Source of the DNA: Candidatus Latescibacterota bacterium
GTDB lineage: Bacteria > Latescibacterota > CBDEFO01
Assembly: GCA_965237525.1 (NCBI GenBank)
Contig: CBDEFO010000007.1
Coordinates: 192,001-256,000 of the forward strand
Reading direction: 5' to 3'
DNA length: 64,000 nucleotides
The notes under the pieces: generated by a model
Databases searched by the model: none
Seen by the model: only the letters and a program-made list of their open reading frames with translations
What the model was told of the DNA's origin: nothing
Shown: positions 21,129 to 31,281 of the stretch, one piece after another
Layout of the letters: each line of letters starts with the position of its first letter
Position numbering within the stretch: the stretch's first letter is position 1
Program-made: the position numbers and the translations under genes

Positions 21129-21738
21129 TTGGGAATTATGGCGCGCGGGATGTTAGTTCCCCTGTTTTACCTTTCCTTGCTCATTTTCTTATTAAATGTT
21201 GACCTTGCGCAGTTGCTCTCCTCAGTCAAGAGATTTGACATCACTTTAGGCCATGTTCTTCTGGTCCTTCCACTGTCCTTTGCTGCTGGATATTTTTCCT
21301 TATGGATAGCCGTCTATGGAGCAACTTATGCTCTGTTGGCTATAATCGTGGTATTAGGGCTTTTGGGATCGCTCTTTCTCTTAGTAGCTCGAGATGACGT
21401 ATATGGTCTGTCACTTGCTTTTGTAACTCTCCCCTTTCTCAGCTTCTTAGAGTGGGATCTTATTCGGAATACTCCTTTGGGAGGTGGAGCGTGGGGACCG
21501 ATCTTTATTACACCTTCTGTTGTCTATATTTGGCTTGTATTTCTTGCTTGGGCGGTGGGAAGGACCATTCGCCAGCAGGGCATAGTTAGAACCGCTCTGG
21601 ATAAGTACACAGCCTTTTGGGCTTTCTTTCTGCTCGTATCCTCACTGCTTTCGGGTGATACCAACAGGAACTTACAGGCTTGCTATTTAACTTTTCTAGG
21701 AGTCCTGTACTTTTTTATCGTGGTGGGTACAGCACGCA
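21129..21738 (+). pseudogene. Polytopic membrane protein (Wzy/O-antigen ligase-like), 3' truncated by IS3
   Basis: Hydrophobic ORF runs into the IS end at 21739; RTALD...SSLLS pattern; product call mostly from context. Confidence 0.5.
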
Positions 21739-21802
21739 CATACCGCTCCCCTTGACAGAGCGAAAATATTTCGCAAATTGGGGTTTGAGAAAGGAGGTCA
21801 AA

Positions 21803-22114
21803 GTGTCAAGCCCCGAAGTGAAAGATGGTAAGTGCTGGACGGTGACCCGTAAGGCAGAGGTCGTGTTGGCTCTTTTGAGAGGAGCGGATGTAGCAGAGGT
21901 GTGTCGGAAGAATGGAATTAGCCAGTCGCAGGCATATGCTTGGCGTGATAGTTTCTTAGAAGGAGGCCAGGAGAGTCTGAAGTCTCGGCGTGGTCGCAAG
22001 GATCCGAAGGAGCGGGAGGTCAGCCGTTTGGAGCGCAAGGTAGGGCAGTTGACGCTCCTGTTGGAGATACTCCAGGAAGTAGCCCGTCTAAAAAAAACGA
22101 AGCGATTGCCTTGA
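21803..22114 (+). CDS. IS3 transposase OrfA (HTH)
   Basis: GTG after AGGAGG; VAEVCRKNGISQSQAYAWR; A8 slippery run at 22090-22097. Confidence 0.88.
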   Translation: MSSPEVKDGKCWTVTRKAEVVLALLRGADVAEVCRKNGISQSQAYAWRDSFLEGGQESLKSRRGRKDPKEREVSRLERKVGQLTLLLEILQEVARLKKTKRLP

Positions 22115-22974
22115 GTGGACGGTTTTTGGGTCGAGGCTATTCGTACGGGGTGATGGCCTTGGCTTTGGGTTTGCATCGTTCGACTCTGTATAGGCTTAGG
22201 GATAGAGGTGTCAGTTCTTCTGTCAAAGAGCCTGTGATAGATGGAGAGCTTGCTTTTCGTATTCGAGGGATACTGGACAGAGAAGAAGCGTTTGGTCACA
22301 GGCGGGTTTGGGCGCATCTTCGTTTCAAGGAAGGGGCACGTGTCAACATCAAGAAGGTTCATAGGATAATGAAGCTTAAGGGGTGGCAGTGTAAGCTGTG
22401 GAATCGTCCCGGCAGAAAGGGGCCTCAGGTTGTCCAGAAGCGTTCTGTAGTAGATCGTCCTGACAGTCTCTGGTCGGCTGACTTGACCAGGATCTATTGT
22501 GGGCAAGACGGTTGGTGTCCTCTTATTACGGTGGTGGACAACGGGAGTCGGGAGGTTCCCGGGTATCGTTTTAGTCGAAGAGGGAGGGCACTGGAGGCCA
22601 CAGATGCCTTGGATCGGGCCGTGATCTCTCGATACACCTCCAAAGAGGCTGTCCCCCAGGGTCTCACTTTGCGCTCTGACAATGGTTCCATCTTTTTGGC
22701 TCGGGCCTACTTGGCCAGTACCGAATATTGGGGAATTCGCCAGGAGTACATACCAAGTGGTAAGCCCGATTGGAACGGTGTTGTAGAGCGTTTTTTCAGG
22801 ACCCTTAAGCAAGAGTGTGTTTGGCTTCACAATTTTGAATCCTTTGAACAGGCTGAGAAGATCATATCTCAGTGGATCGATAATTACAACAAGAACCGGC
22901 TTCATTCATCCCTGGGATATAAGACCCCAGAAGGGTGGAGAAAACAATTCTATCTACTACCCCAGGTTGCTTAA
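22111..22974 (+). CDS. IS3 transposase OrfB (DDE integrase core)
   Basis: WSADLT, RSDNGS, VERFFRTLKQE, HSSLGY; lies in the -1 frame relative to orfA. Confidence 0.92.
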   Translation: MSGRFLGRGYSYGVMALALGLHRSTLYRLRDRGVSSSVKEPVIDGELAFRIRGILDREEAFGHRRVWAHLRFKEGARVNIKKVHRIMKLKGWQCKLWNRPGRKGPQVVQKRSVVDRPDSLWSADLTRIYCGQDGWCPLITVVDNGSREVPGYRFSRRGRALEATDALDRAVISRYTSKEAVPQGLTLRSDNGSIFLARAYLASTEYWGIRQEYIPSGKPDWNGVVERFFRTLKQECVWLHNFESFEQAEKIISQWIDNYNKNRLHSSLGYKTPEGWRKQFYLLPQVA

Positions 22975-23003
22975 TTGATGTCGCTTTCCAGGGGGGCAGT
23001 ACA

Positions 23004-23984
23004 GTTCTGGTAGAGGAATTATTGAAGAGCGGAAAGAAAGTCAGGGTCTTTGACAAGCTCTATTTCGGTAAGAAAGCTTTAAGCGGCATCATAGATGAGA
23101 TCGAACTTGTGCAGGGAGATATACAGAGCTTCGATCCTTCTATTTTAGACGGAATAGAGGCTGTTGTACACCTTGCGGGACTTTCTAACGACCCTACGGC
23201 TGAGTTCAACCCTCCTGCCAATATGGCAATGAACGCCCTGGGGACAGGCAATCTTGCGAGAATGTGCAAAGAAAAGGGAATAAGAAGGTTTACGTACGCG
23301 TCGAGCTGTTCAATCTACGACAGGGGCTTGGAGGCTGAGGATATCCTGCAGGATGAGACAGCGGAGGTGACCCCTATAGCGGCTTACGCAGTGTCGAAAT
23401 ACAAGGGAGAACGGGCTCTTTTGGAGTTGACGGATGAGGGTTTTTGCCCCGTGATATTGCGCCAGGGTACTGTCTACGGCTTCAGTCCTCGGATGAGATA
23501 CGATCTCGTAGTAAATACGTTTGTAAAGAGCGCTCTTCTAAACGGTAACTTGACCGTGTTCTGCGGAGGACAGATATGGCGTCCCTTAGTGGATGTGGTG
23601 GATGTGGCCAAGGCTCATATAGCGTGTCTGGAGGCGGATGAGAGCACGGTAAAAGGAAATATTTTCAACGTCTCTTACGACAACTATAAGATTTTGGACC
23701 TGGCTTATGAGGTGAGAGACGCTCTGGAGGGGATAGATGTGGAAATCCAGGTGGATCAAAGCAAAAGAAGAGATAGGAGCTACAGGGCCTCCACAGACAA
23801 GATTGAAAGGGTCTTGGGATTTAAGCATTCTGTATCTGTCGCTGAGTCCGTGGCTAGGATGGCGGAGAGGATTAGAGAGTGTGGTTATACGGACTTTTCG
23901 CATCCAAGGTACTATAACATAAACTGGATGATGCTCTTGACTGAGGTTGAGAGCAATCTCAAGAAGATGGGCGCGGTGTTTTAA
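23004..23984 (+). pseudogene. NAD-dependent sugar epimerase/dehydratase, N-terminus removed at the IS3 end
   Basis: HLAGLSNDP, ASSCSIY, YAVSK, MRYDLVVN; the GxxGxxG nucleotide-binding motif is missing before VLVEELL. Confidence 0.8.
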
Positions 23985-24007
23985 GTTTAAGATAGGAAGG
24001 CGTCTTT

Positions 24008-25798
24008 TTGTTCATACTCGGTATCTCCTGTTTCTACCACGATGCTGCCGCTGCTATCTTAAAGGACGGTCAGCTCATAGCGGCTGCTGAGGAGGAGAGG
24101 TTTTCAAGGAAGAAGCACGACTTTGGATTCCCGATCAACGCTATAGAGTTCTGTCTGAGAACCGCGGGAATTACGGCGGATGACTTAGACTACGTCGTCT
24201 TCTACGAGAAGCCCTTCGTCAAGTTCGAACGCATATTGATGACCGTATTCCAGACCTTTCCCAAATCGTGGAAGGTCTTTCGTGAGGCGATGGTTACGTG
24301 GCTTTTGGACAAACTCTGGGTAAAGGGGATCCTGAAGGACAAGGTGAATGTGAGCTCAGAAAAGGTGCTATTTGCTGAGCACCATCTTTCGCACGCTGCG
24401 AGCGCCTTTCTGTGTTCCCCTTTCGACGAGGCTGCTATCCTGACGATCGACGGCGTTGGGGAGTGGACAACCACGACCATGGGCAAAGGGGTCGGGACGG
24501 ATATTACGGTTATAAAGGAGGTTCATTTTCCTCATTCATTAGGTCTGTTATACAGTGCTTTTACAGCTTTCTTGGGGTTTGAGGTGAATGAGGGGGAATA
24601 TAAGGTTATGGGTATGGCTCCTTACGGGCAGCCTAAGTACTTGGAAAAGGTTCATAGACTCATAGAACTATATTGCGATGGAAGTTTCGAACTGGATATG
24701 GATTATTTCTGCTATCACTATTCCACCGAAAAGACATATAATTCAAAGTTCACATATCTTTTTGGAACCCCCAGAGACCCCAAATCCAATTTTTTCACGC
24801 CTTCTACGGGCTATCCCTCCTACTTCGGAGAGAAACCGCAGAACTATGACGAGGCGGGCAGAGAGAATCAGTACTATGCTGATATAGCGGCGAGCATTCA
24901 GGCCGTTACCGAAGAGGCCGTTTTGAAGATGGCAAACTGTTTGCACGAGGAGACAAGGAGTACAAGACTGTGTATGGCGGGAGGTGTGGCCTTAAACAGC
25001 GTAGCCAACGGGAAAATATTGAAAGATACTCCGTTTGAGGAGCTATACATACATCCCGCCGCGGGGGACGGAGGAGGCGCTGTGGGGGCTGCTCTTTACG
25101 CCTATCACTGTCTTTTGGGAAAGCCAAGGGAGTTTATAATGGAGCATGCTTTTTGGGGAGAGGATTACGGCGAGGACAAGATCAAGAGCTTTCTTGAAGG
25201 GAACGGTACAAGTTATGAGTATGTGGAAGACGATGAGATCCTGTTCGACAGGATGGTGGATCATCTCCAGGACGGGAAGGTTATAGGATGGTTTCAGGGC
25301 AGATTCGAGTGGGGACCGAGGGCCCTGGGCAACAGGAGCATCTTAGCAGACCCAAGAAAGGCCGAGATGAAGGATATCGTGAACACCAAGATCAAGTTTC
25401 GGGAGCCCTTCAGACCGTTTGCACCTTCTGTTTTAGTGGAGAGGACCGAGGAGTTTTTCGATCTTCCACAAGCTGATAAGCACTACCCTGCAAGGTTTAT
25501 GTTGTACGTAGTGGATGTTAAGGAGGATAAACGAGATGTGATTCCGGCTATAACCCACGTTGACGGATCAGGCAGGCTCCAGACCGTGGTAAAGGAGACC
25601 AATCCGAGGTACTACAGACTGATAGAGAAGTTCGGCCAGGCTACAGGCGTTCCTTTGGTGCTGAATACCTCTTTTAACCTTAAGGGCGAGCCCATAGTCA
25701 ACACGCCCCAGGATGCGTTTAATACGTTTATGTCAAGCGGCATGGATGTCTTGATATTGGATAGGTTTGTGATAGAAAAAGAAGGTGAGGAGACATGA
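24008..25798 (+). CDS. Carbamoyltransferase (NodU/CmcH family)
   Basis: LGISCFYHDAAA, EHHLSHAASAF, GEYKVMGMAPYG, GPRALGNRSIL, LNTSFN. Confidence 0.95.
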   Translation: MFILGISCFYHDAAAAILKDGQLIAAAEEERFSRKKHDFGFPINAIEFCLRTAGITADDLDYVVFYEKPFVKFERILMTVFQTFPKSWKVFREAMVTWLLDKLWVKGILKDKVNVSSEKVLFAEHHLSHAASAFLCSPFDEAAILTIDGVGEWTTTTMGKGVGTDITVIKEVHFPHSLGLLYSAFTAFLGFEVNEGEYKVMGMAPYGQPKYLEKVHRLIELYCDGSFELDMDYFCYHYSTEKTYNSKFTYLFGTPRDPKSNFFTPSTGYPSYFGEKPQNYDEAGRENQYYADIAASIQAVTEEAVLKMANCLHEETRSTRLCMAGGVALNSVANGKILKDTPFEELYIHPAAGDGGGAVGAALYAYHCLLGKPREFIMEHAFWGEDYGEDKIKSFLEGNGTSYEYVEDDEILFDRMVDHLQDGKVIGWFQGRFEWGPRALGNRSILADPRKAEMKDIVNTKIKFREPFRPFAPSVLVERTEEFFDLPQADKHYPARFMLYVVDVKEDKRDVIPAITHVDGSGRLQTVVKETNPRYYRLIEKFGQATGVPLVLNTSFNLKGEPIVNTPQDAFNTFMSSGMDVLILDRFVIEKEGEET

Positions 25799-25974
25799 GG
25801 GCTGTTAAGAATTTCCTTGGCAAGTTTCCGATAGCCGGGGAGCTTTTGGTCTTTTTCTGGAAGCGGAAGCTCTGGTGGTTGATTCCGATGATGGTCGTAC
25901 TCCTGGCGTTCGGCCTTTTGATGGTGTTCGCTCAGGGGACAGCTATCGCTCCGTTCGTATATACTCTATTTTAG
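25795..25974 (+). CDS. DUF5989-type small membrane protein (59 aa, absent from the ORF track)
   Basis: MRAVKNFLGKFPIAGELLVFFWKRKLWWLIPMMVVLLAFGLLMVFAQGTAIAPFVYTLF; ATGA overlap with the carbamoyltransferase stop. Confidence 0.85.
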   Translation: MRAVKNFLGKFPIAGELLVFFWKRKLWWLIPMMVVLLAFGLLMVFAQGTAIAPFVYTLF

Positions 25975-25992
25975 TCGAGACGGCGAACATAA

Positions 25993-26871
25993 ATGCGTGT
26001 AGCGCTTATTGGAGCCAACGGACAGTTGGGCTGTGATATTACGAGGGTCTTGAACGGTAGTGATCTGATCTCTTTGGCTCATTCGGATATCGAGATTACG
26101 GACTTCAAGCTTATGGCCGATGTGCTGTCTGAGCATAAACCAGACATAGTTATCAACACCGCGGCTTATCACAGGGTAGATGACTGCGAAACAAATCTGG
26201 AGAAGGCTTTCTCTGTGAACGCCCTTGGGGCAAGAAATCTTGCCCTCTACTCTAAAGAGAATAAAATTTGTCTTATGCACATCAGCACAGATTACGTGTT
26301 CGATGGAAAGAAGACTTCACCCTATGTTGAGTCTGACCTTCCCGATCCGCTGAATGCTTACGGAGTGTCGAAACTTGCGGGGGAGCATTTCGTAAGGAGC
26401 ATTACGGATGAGCATTTCATAGTCAGGACGTCGGGTCTCTATGGGATTCACAAGTGCAGGGCAAAGGGCGGGAACTTCATTGATACTATGGTCAAGTTAT
26501 CCCAAGAGCAGGATGTTATAAGGGTGGTAGACGATGAGGTTCTGACTCCGACTTACACTTTAGATGTGGCTTATCAGATACGGGAATTGATAGAAACAGG
26601 CGCTTATGGGACCTATCACATAACTAATCAGGACCAGTGTTCCTGGTACGAGTTTGCAAGTAAGATATTCGAGCTTATGGATATCCAAGTGAATCTTGAA
26701 AGAATCACAGCAGATGAGTTCAGGAGTCCTGCCAGGCGTCCCTCCTATTCTGTGCTTGAGAATAAGGCTTTGAAGGACATAGGGATAGATAGAATGAGAG
26801 ATTGGGATGACGCATTAAATGCGTATTTGCAGAAAAGGGCGAAACGGAGCCAAGATGGATACGGAGGTTAG
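25993..26871 (+). CDS. rfbD: dTDP-4-dehydrorhamnose reductase
   Basis: GANGQLG, STDYVFDG, YGVSK, RRPSYSVL. Confidence 0.9.
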   Translation: MRVALIGANGQLGCDITRVLNGSDLISLAHSDIEITDFKLMADVLSEHKPDIVINTAAYHRVDDCETNLEKAFSVNALGARNLALYSKENKICLMHISTDYVFDGKKTSPYVESDLPDPLNAYGVSKLAGEHFVRSITDEHFIVRTSGLYGIHKCRAKGGNFIDTMVKLSQEQDVIRVVDDEVLTPTYTLDVAYQIRELIETGAYGTYHITNQDQCSWYEFASKIFELMDIQVNLERITADEFRSPARRPSYSVLENKALKDIGIDRMRDWDDALNAYLQKRAKRSQDGYGG

Positions 26872-27793
26872 CATTTTCGTGCTCAACTACAACGGTGAAG
26901 ATCTCTTAGAGGAATATCTTCCCTCTGTAGTAGAAGCTGTGAAGTACGATGGCAACGGGCACGAGATAGTCGTTGTAGATAATGTCAGTACGGATGACAG
27001 CGTGGAATTTGTGGAGAGGAACTTCCCCCAGGTTGAAGTCAGAAAGATGGAGACGAATAGACTCCTCTTTACTTATAATCAGGTTCTAAAAGAGTGCAAG
27101 AACGATTATGTAATCCTTTTGAACAGTGACATAAAGGTAGTAGAACCTGACTTTGTGCGTCCTCTTTTAAGACATTTTTCGGACCCTCATATCTTTGCTG
27201 TTGTACCAAAGGTCCTATCCGATCATCCTTCAGAGGAGTACCTTTACAGGTGTCCCGGAGTCTTTTCACGGGGTATTTTATGGACAGGGAGATGGAAGAA
27301 GTTGCCGGGGAGGGGATTTACACTCTTTGCGCACGGGGGAGCGGCCACCTACGACAGAAGAAAGTTTTTGGAACTCGGTGGATTCAATGATATTTACTAC
27401 CCTGGGTATGGTGAAGATATGGATATTTCCTATTTAGCGTGGATGAGGGGATGGAAGATTATCTTTGAACCCCAAAGCGTGGTGTTTCACAGGGGAGGCG
27501 CTACGTTCAAAAGGACTTATAAAGATGATATGATGGAGCGGCATAAACAAAAGGTGTGGATGCTTTTTGTCCTTAAGAATATATCTGATCGTAGAATGCT
27601 CGCTGATTTCTTCTTGTGGTCTGTGATTAGATTTTTCAAATACTTCTTGGGTTTTGATCTATGTAGAGCAAAGGCTTACAAAGATGTTATGAAGATGGCA
27701 TTTCGTATTTTAAGGTCCAGGAGAAAGACCAAAATATTCAGGTGGGTTTCCGACAGAGATATTTTTGAAACGATAAGACAGAATCATTTATAG
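26855..27793 (+). CDS. Glycosyltransferase family 2
   Basis: VLNYNG, VVDNVSTD, LLNSD, GEDMD. Confidence 0.9.
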   Translation: MDTEVSIFVLNYNGEDLLEEYLPSVVEAVKYDGNGHEIVVVDNVSTDDSVEFVERNFPQVEVRKMETNRLLFTYNQVLKECKNDYVILLNSDIKVVEPDFVRPLLRHFSDPHIFAVVPKVLSDHPSEEYLYRCPGVFSRGILWTGRWKKLPGRGFTLFAHGGAATYDRRKFLELGGFNDIYYPGYGEDMDISYLAWMRGWKIIFEPQSVVFHRGGATFKRTYKDDMMERHKQKVWMLFVLKNISDRRMLADFFLWSVIRFFKYFLGFDLCRAKAYKDVMKMAFRILRSRRKTKIFRWVSDRDIFETIRQNHL

Positions 27794-27886
27794 TCTTTTG
27801 AGGGGATAACAATAAATGTCTATTGAGTTTACCTCTTTGTGTCCTGGGGGAGCCTCATAGACGAAAAAAAGAGTAAGAGTTGAAGA

Positions 27887-29152
27887 ATGCCTAATGATAT
27901 TTCAATAGTCATATACCTCACAGCTGAATGGGAAACGTTTCATCGGCGTCCGATGATAGAAGCCATGGCGCGCAATCTTTTGAGCGTAGGTAGGATATTG
28001 TGCGTGAATCCTGTTATAAATCCGATCACTGCCTTGCTGCGCGGCGATAGGAGAAGTGCTATACAGACCGTAACTGACGGGGGTATTCAAAAGATCAGTG
28101 AGAATCTATATGTGGTGCATCAGCACGCTCCTTTCTATTCTACATTGGCCAGGTTCTTCGAGCTTTCGAACCACATCCGTAATATACTATCGACGCAGAT
28201 AAGGAAGGCGTTAGAGGTCATAGGAGCATCATCAGCAGATAAACAAATAGCCTGGCTTTATAGGCCGGAACAGATAGGTAATATCGGTTTGATAGATGAA
28301 ACTCACGTTCTTTATGAGTGCTACGATGAATATTGCTACACGATTGTGGATTACAAGCCCAAGCCATCTGTTATAGAGCAGGAGAAGCTTCTGCTACAAC
28401 AGGCGGATATTGTGTTCACTACATCAAAGGCTCTGTACGAATCGAGGAGAAGATTGCATTCGAACGTGCATCTTGTTCCAAATGGTGTAGATTTTGAGCA
28501 TTTCGCGTCGACTCTGAATGCTAGGAAATCCCCTCCGCAGGACATTTTGGACATCAGAAAGCCGATTATCGGTTACGTCGGAAATTTTAGGAGCTGGCTA
28601 GATTTTGATGTTTTGTTGGATATTGTTGATAATCCAGAATGGTCATTTGTACTTATCGGGGACATACTATACGATGACCCGAAGGGGGATTTAAAGTCCA
28701 CTCTCAATTGCCTCAAAAAGCGTAGTAATTTCTATCATTTAGGATGGAAAAAGCGCAGTCAGCTCCCTGCTTATCTTGACGCTATGGATGTGGCCGTGAT
28801 ACCCTTCATCGTCAACGATTTCTTTAAAAGTGTTCATCCTCTCAAACTATGGGAATACCTTGCGGCTGGAAGACCTGTGATCTCGACGAACATCAGTAGT
28901 GAGGTCTGGGAGTTAAGAGAGGTTGTTCTAGTGGCTCATAATAGGGATGAATTCCTCCGGTTTATTGATTATGCTCTCAAGAAGGATGTAAGGGAGCGAA
29001 TCGCTAAGGGCGTTGAAATAGCACGACAAAATAGCTGGGACAGGATTACAAAGGATGCTGTTGACATAATACAACGGGCTGTAAATTCAACCGGAAGAGG
29101 TTTGAACAGGCTTCGGATTACAGATGATAAAGGAAACGCTATTAGTGACTGA
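27887..29152 (+). CDS. Glycosyltransferase (GT4, TuaH-like)
   Basis: YECYDE, VPNGVD, PLKLWEYLAAGRPVIST. Confidence 0.88.
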   Translation: MPNDISIVIYLTAEWETFHRRPMIEAMARNLLSVGRILCVNPVINPITALLRGDRRSAIQTVTDGGIQKISENLYVVHQHAPFYSTLARFFELSNHIRNILSTQIRKALEVIGASSADKQIAWLYRPEQIGNIGLIDETHVLYECYDEYCYTIVDYKPKPSVIEQEKLLLQQADIVFTTSKALYESRRRLHSNVHLVPNGVDFEHFASTLNARKSPPQDILDIRKPIIGYVGNFRSWLDFDVLLDIVDNPEWSFVLIGDILYDDPKGDLKSTLNCLKKRSNFYHLGWKKRSQLPAYLDAMDVAVIPFIVNDFFKSVHPLKLWEYLAAGRPVISTNISSEVWELREVVLVAHNRDEFLRFIDYALKKDVRERIAKGVEIARQNSWDRITKDAVDIIQRAVNSTGRGLNRLRITDDKGNAISD

Positions 29153-29288
29153 ATTACGCCATGTTTCGTGCTCCGTCTGCGGTTCCTCTGAGAAACGAAC
29201 CGTCGGTAAACCGTGTTATGTCTCGCCAGTACCTAAGCATCTAATATCGCGCTATGATGGGGCACTTGTAGCATTCCAACGGGATTAG
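29145..29288 (+). pseudogene. N-terminal remnant with CxxC (zinc-knuckle methyltransferase-like)
   Basis: GTG overlapping the upstream stop; MTELRHVSCSVCGSSEKR...; ends after 47 codons. Confidence 0.4.
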
Positions 29289-29310
29289 CAACACTGAATT
29301 ATCATTAGAG

Positions 29311-30066
29311 ATGAGCAAAATGTACGATTTGCTTAAAGAGTTTATCCCAAATGACCACAGTCGTCAAGTTAACTCGATGTACTATATTAAATACGTCCTA
29401 GGAGATAATGACATAAGATGGGTGATGGACCTGGGGTGTGGAGCCGGGAACTTGGTAGACTACTTCCGAAGGAAGGATCCAAGTATCAGATGGGTCGGTC
29501 TAGATATAGAGGAATCGCCGGAGGTAATGTCACGGACGAAAACCGATGCAGACTTCTATAGGTTTGACGGTATACATATACCTTTCGATGACAATTATTT
29601 TGACCTGATTTACTGCAATCAAGTACTTGAACATGTGAGATACCCTAGCGATCTTTTGAAGGAAGTTTATAGAGTTCTCAGACATAACGGACATTTCGTT
29701 GGATCTACTTCCCAACTTGAACCTTATCACTCATACAGTTTGTGGAATTACACTCCTTATGGTTTTCGTCTCTTGATAGAAGAAGCGGGCTTGCAATTGA
29801 TAGAAATCAGGCCCAGTATCGATGCTCTTACCTTAATTATTAGGTGTAGCTTAGCTAATTCCAAGATCTTCTCACACTGGTGGGGGAAAGAATCTCCTCT
29901 TAATCAGGTCATCAGTTTCTTCGGAAAGATGATGAGAAAACGTTCGGCATCAGTCAATGCTGTGAAATTGCTTTTTTGTGGCCATTTTTGTTTTTTAGTT
30001 CGCAAATCGGATGCAACGCCAGAATCCTTGAAGGATGACACATCACTAATTGTTCCCTGGTGTTGA
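29311..30066 (+). CDS. Class I SAM-dependent methyltransferase
   Basis: MDLGCGAG, FDLIYCNQVLEHV. Confidence 0.9.
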   Translation: MSKMYDLLKEFIPNDHSRQVNSMYYIKYVLGDNDIRWVMDLGCGAGNLVDYFRRKDPSIRWVGLDIEESPEVMSRTKTDADFYRFDGIHIPFDDNYFDLIYCNQVLEHVRYPSDLLKEVYRVLRHNGHFVGSTSQLEPYHSYSLWNYTPYGFRLLIEEAGLQLIEIRPSIDALTLIIRCSLANSKIFSHWWGKESPLNQVISFFGKMMRKRSASVNAVKLLFCGHFCFLVRKSDATPESLKDDTSLIVPWC

Positions 30067-30093
30067 GGGAGTATTCTGAGAGGTCTAATCACT

Positions 30094-31230
30094 ATGTGTA
30101 ATTATACCTTGAAAAAGAAAGTGCTCTTTTCCTTGATACCCATAACTATCTCTGTCTCTCTTGGATTGGTTTTAGGTGAAATATACGTTCGCCTGTTTTC
30201 TCAAGAGGGATATATAACTCCGGAAATTCTGAAAAACAGATCTCTTCCATTTGTACCATCTCTTTTTTCAAGGCATGTCTTCCCGCGAAAAGAGAAGACG
30301 GCTTATGGATGGGATAACGCAAAATATTACATCAACGAAAAGGGTTATAGAGGGCATAATTTTACAGTTACAAAACCCCGGGGAACATTACGAATTATAT
30401 TCTATGGAGGTTCCGCTGTATTTGATTCACCGCAAACGAAAGATTGGCCACATAGGGTAGAAGGTATTCTCAGGCAAAACGGTTTTCCAGAGGTCGAAGT
30501 CATAAATGCCGGTATTTCTGGACATGCCTCTTTCGACTCGGTTGGCAGACTTTTCAGCGAAGGTCATATTTTCAGCCCTGATTATGTTATTTTGTATAAT
30601 GCATGGAATGACATTAAGTATTTTCGATCTAAGGAGCCTTTAATAAGGCTATTTCGACCTTTTGTTCAATCAAGTAATCCTTTCTTGAATTATCAAGGTG
30701 CGCTTGATCGTTTTTTGTGTGAGCACTCTCAACTGTACGTGCGCCTAAGATATAGATACTTTAACAGGACATTACGTGTGGGTGCAGAAGGTGTGAAACA
30801 AGCCGGAGAAGAATATTCTTCGGAGATTAGTGAATTAGGCTTGAGGCAGTATCGTCTGAATGTAGAGATGTTTGTCGACCTTGCTCGAAATATTGGCGCT
30901 GTTCCAATTTTGTTCACCCAGGCACGTCTGGTAACGCGAAGCAACACTGAGAGTCAAAAGGCGCGCATTGTGTATGATTACCAGTTCTTAACTCATCATG
31001 CTCTTTGTAAAGCGTTTGAGAAAACCGATGAAATAATTTATCGTGTAGCAAAAGCAAAAAACGTTTTAGTGATAGATGCTTCAAAACATCTTACCGGGGA
31101 AGACGATTTGTTTAGAGATCACGTTCATTTGACTGACAGGGGTGCCGAAGAGCTTGCACGCTTAACCGCCCAAGAGATGGCGGAACTTTTGAAGGAAAGA
31201 GCATCGAAGGAAGAGAGAGGGGACAAATAG
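30094..31230 (+). CDS. Membrane-anchored SGNH/GDSL hydrolase-family protein
   Basis: N-terminal TM, YGGSAVF, VINAG, WND, DHVH. Confidence 0.82.
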   Translation: MCNYTLKKKVLFSLIPITISVSLGLVLGEIYVRLFSQEGYITPEILKNRSLPFVPSLFSRHVFPRKEKTAYGWDNAKYYINEKGYRGHNFTVTKPRGTLRIIFYGGSAVFDSPQTKDWPHRVEGILRQNGFPEVEVINAGISGHASFDSVGRLFSEGHIFSPDYVILYNAWNDIKYFRSKEPLIRLFRPFVQSSNPFLNYQGALDRFLCEHSQLYVRLRYRYFNRTLRVGAEGVKQAGEEYSSEISELGLRQYRLNVEMFVDLARNIGAVPILFTQARLVTRSNTESQKARIVYDYQFLTHHALCKAFEKTDEIIYRVAKAKNVLVIDASKHLTGEDDLFRDHVHLTDRGAEELARLTAQEMAELLKERASKEERGDK

Positions 31231-31281
31231 GTTTTTCCTCTGAAAAACAGATGAACAAAAAAACAAAATCTAGTTCACAGT

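Larger units (their letters stand above)
21739..23003 (+). mobile_element. IS3-family insertion sequence, copy 1
   Basis: Imperfect terminal IRs CATACCGCTCCCC / GGGGGGCAGTACA; orfA+orfB; second copy at 38651-39891; no target duplication. Confidence 0.92.

Noticed and set aside
21715..22905. 396-aa minus-strand ORF (and 38777-39673)
   Set aside because: Antisense shadow of the IS3 transposase; no independent motifs.
22935..23003. ORF-track start of the epimerase
   Set aside because: These codons lie inside the IS3 right end and are not part of the native gene.
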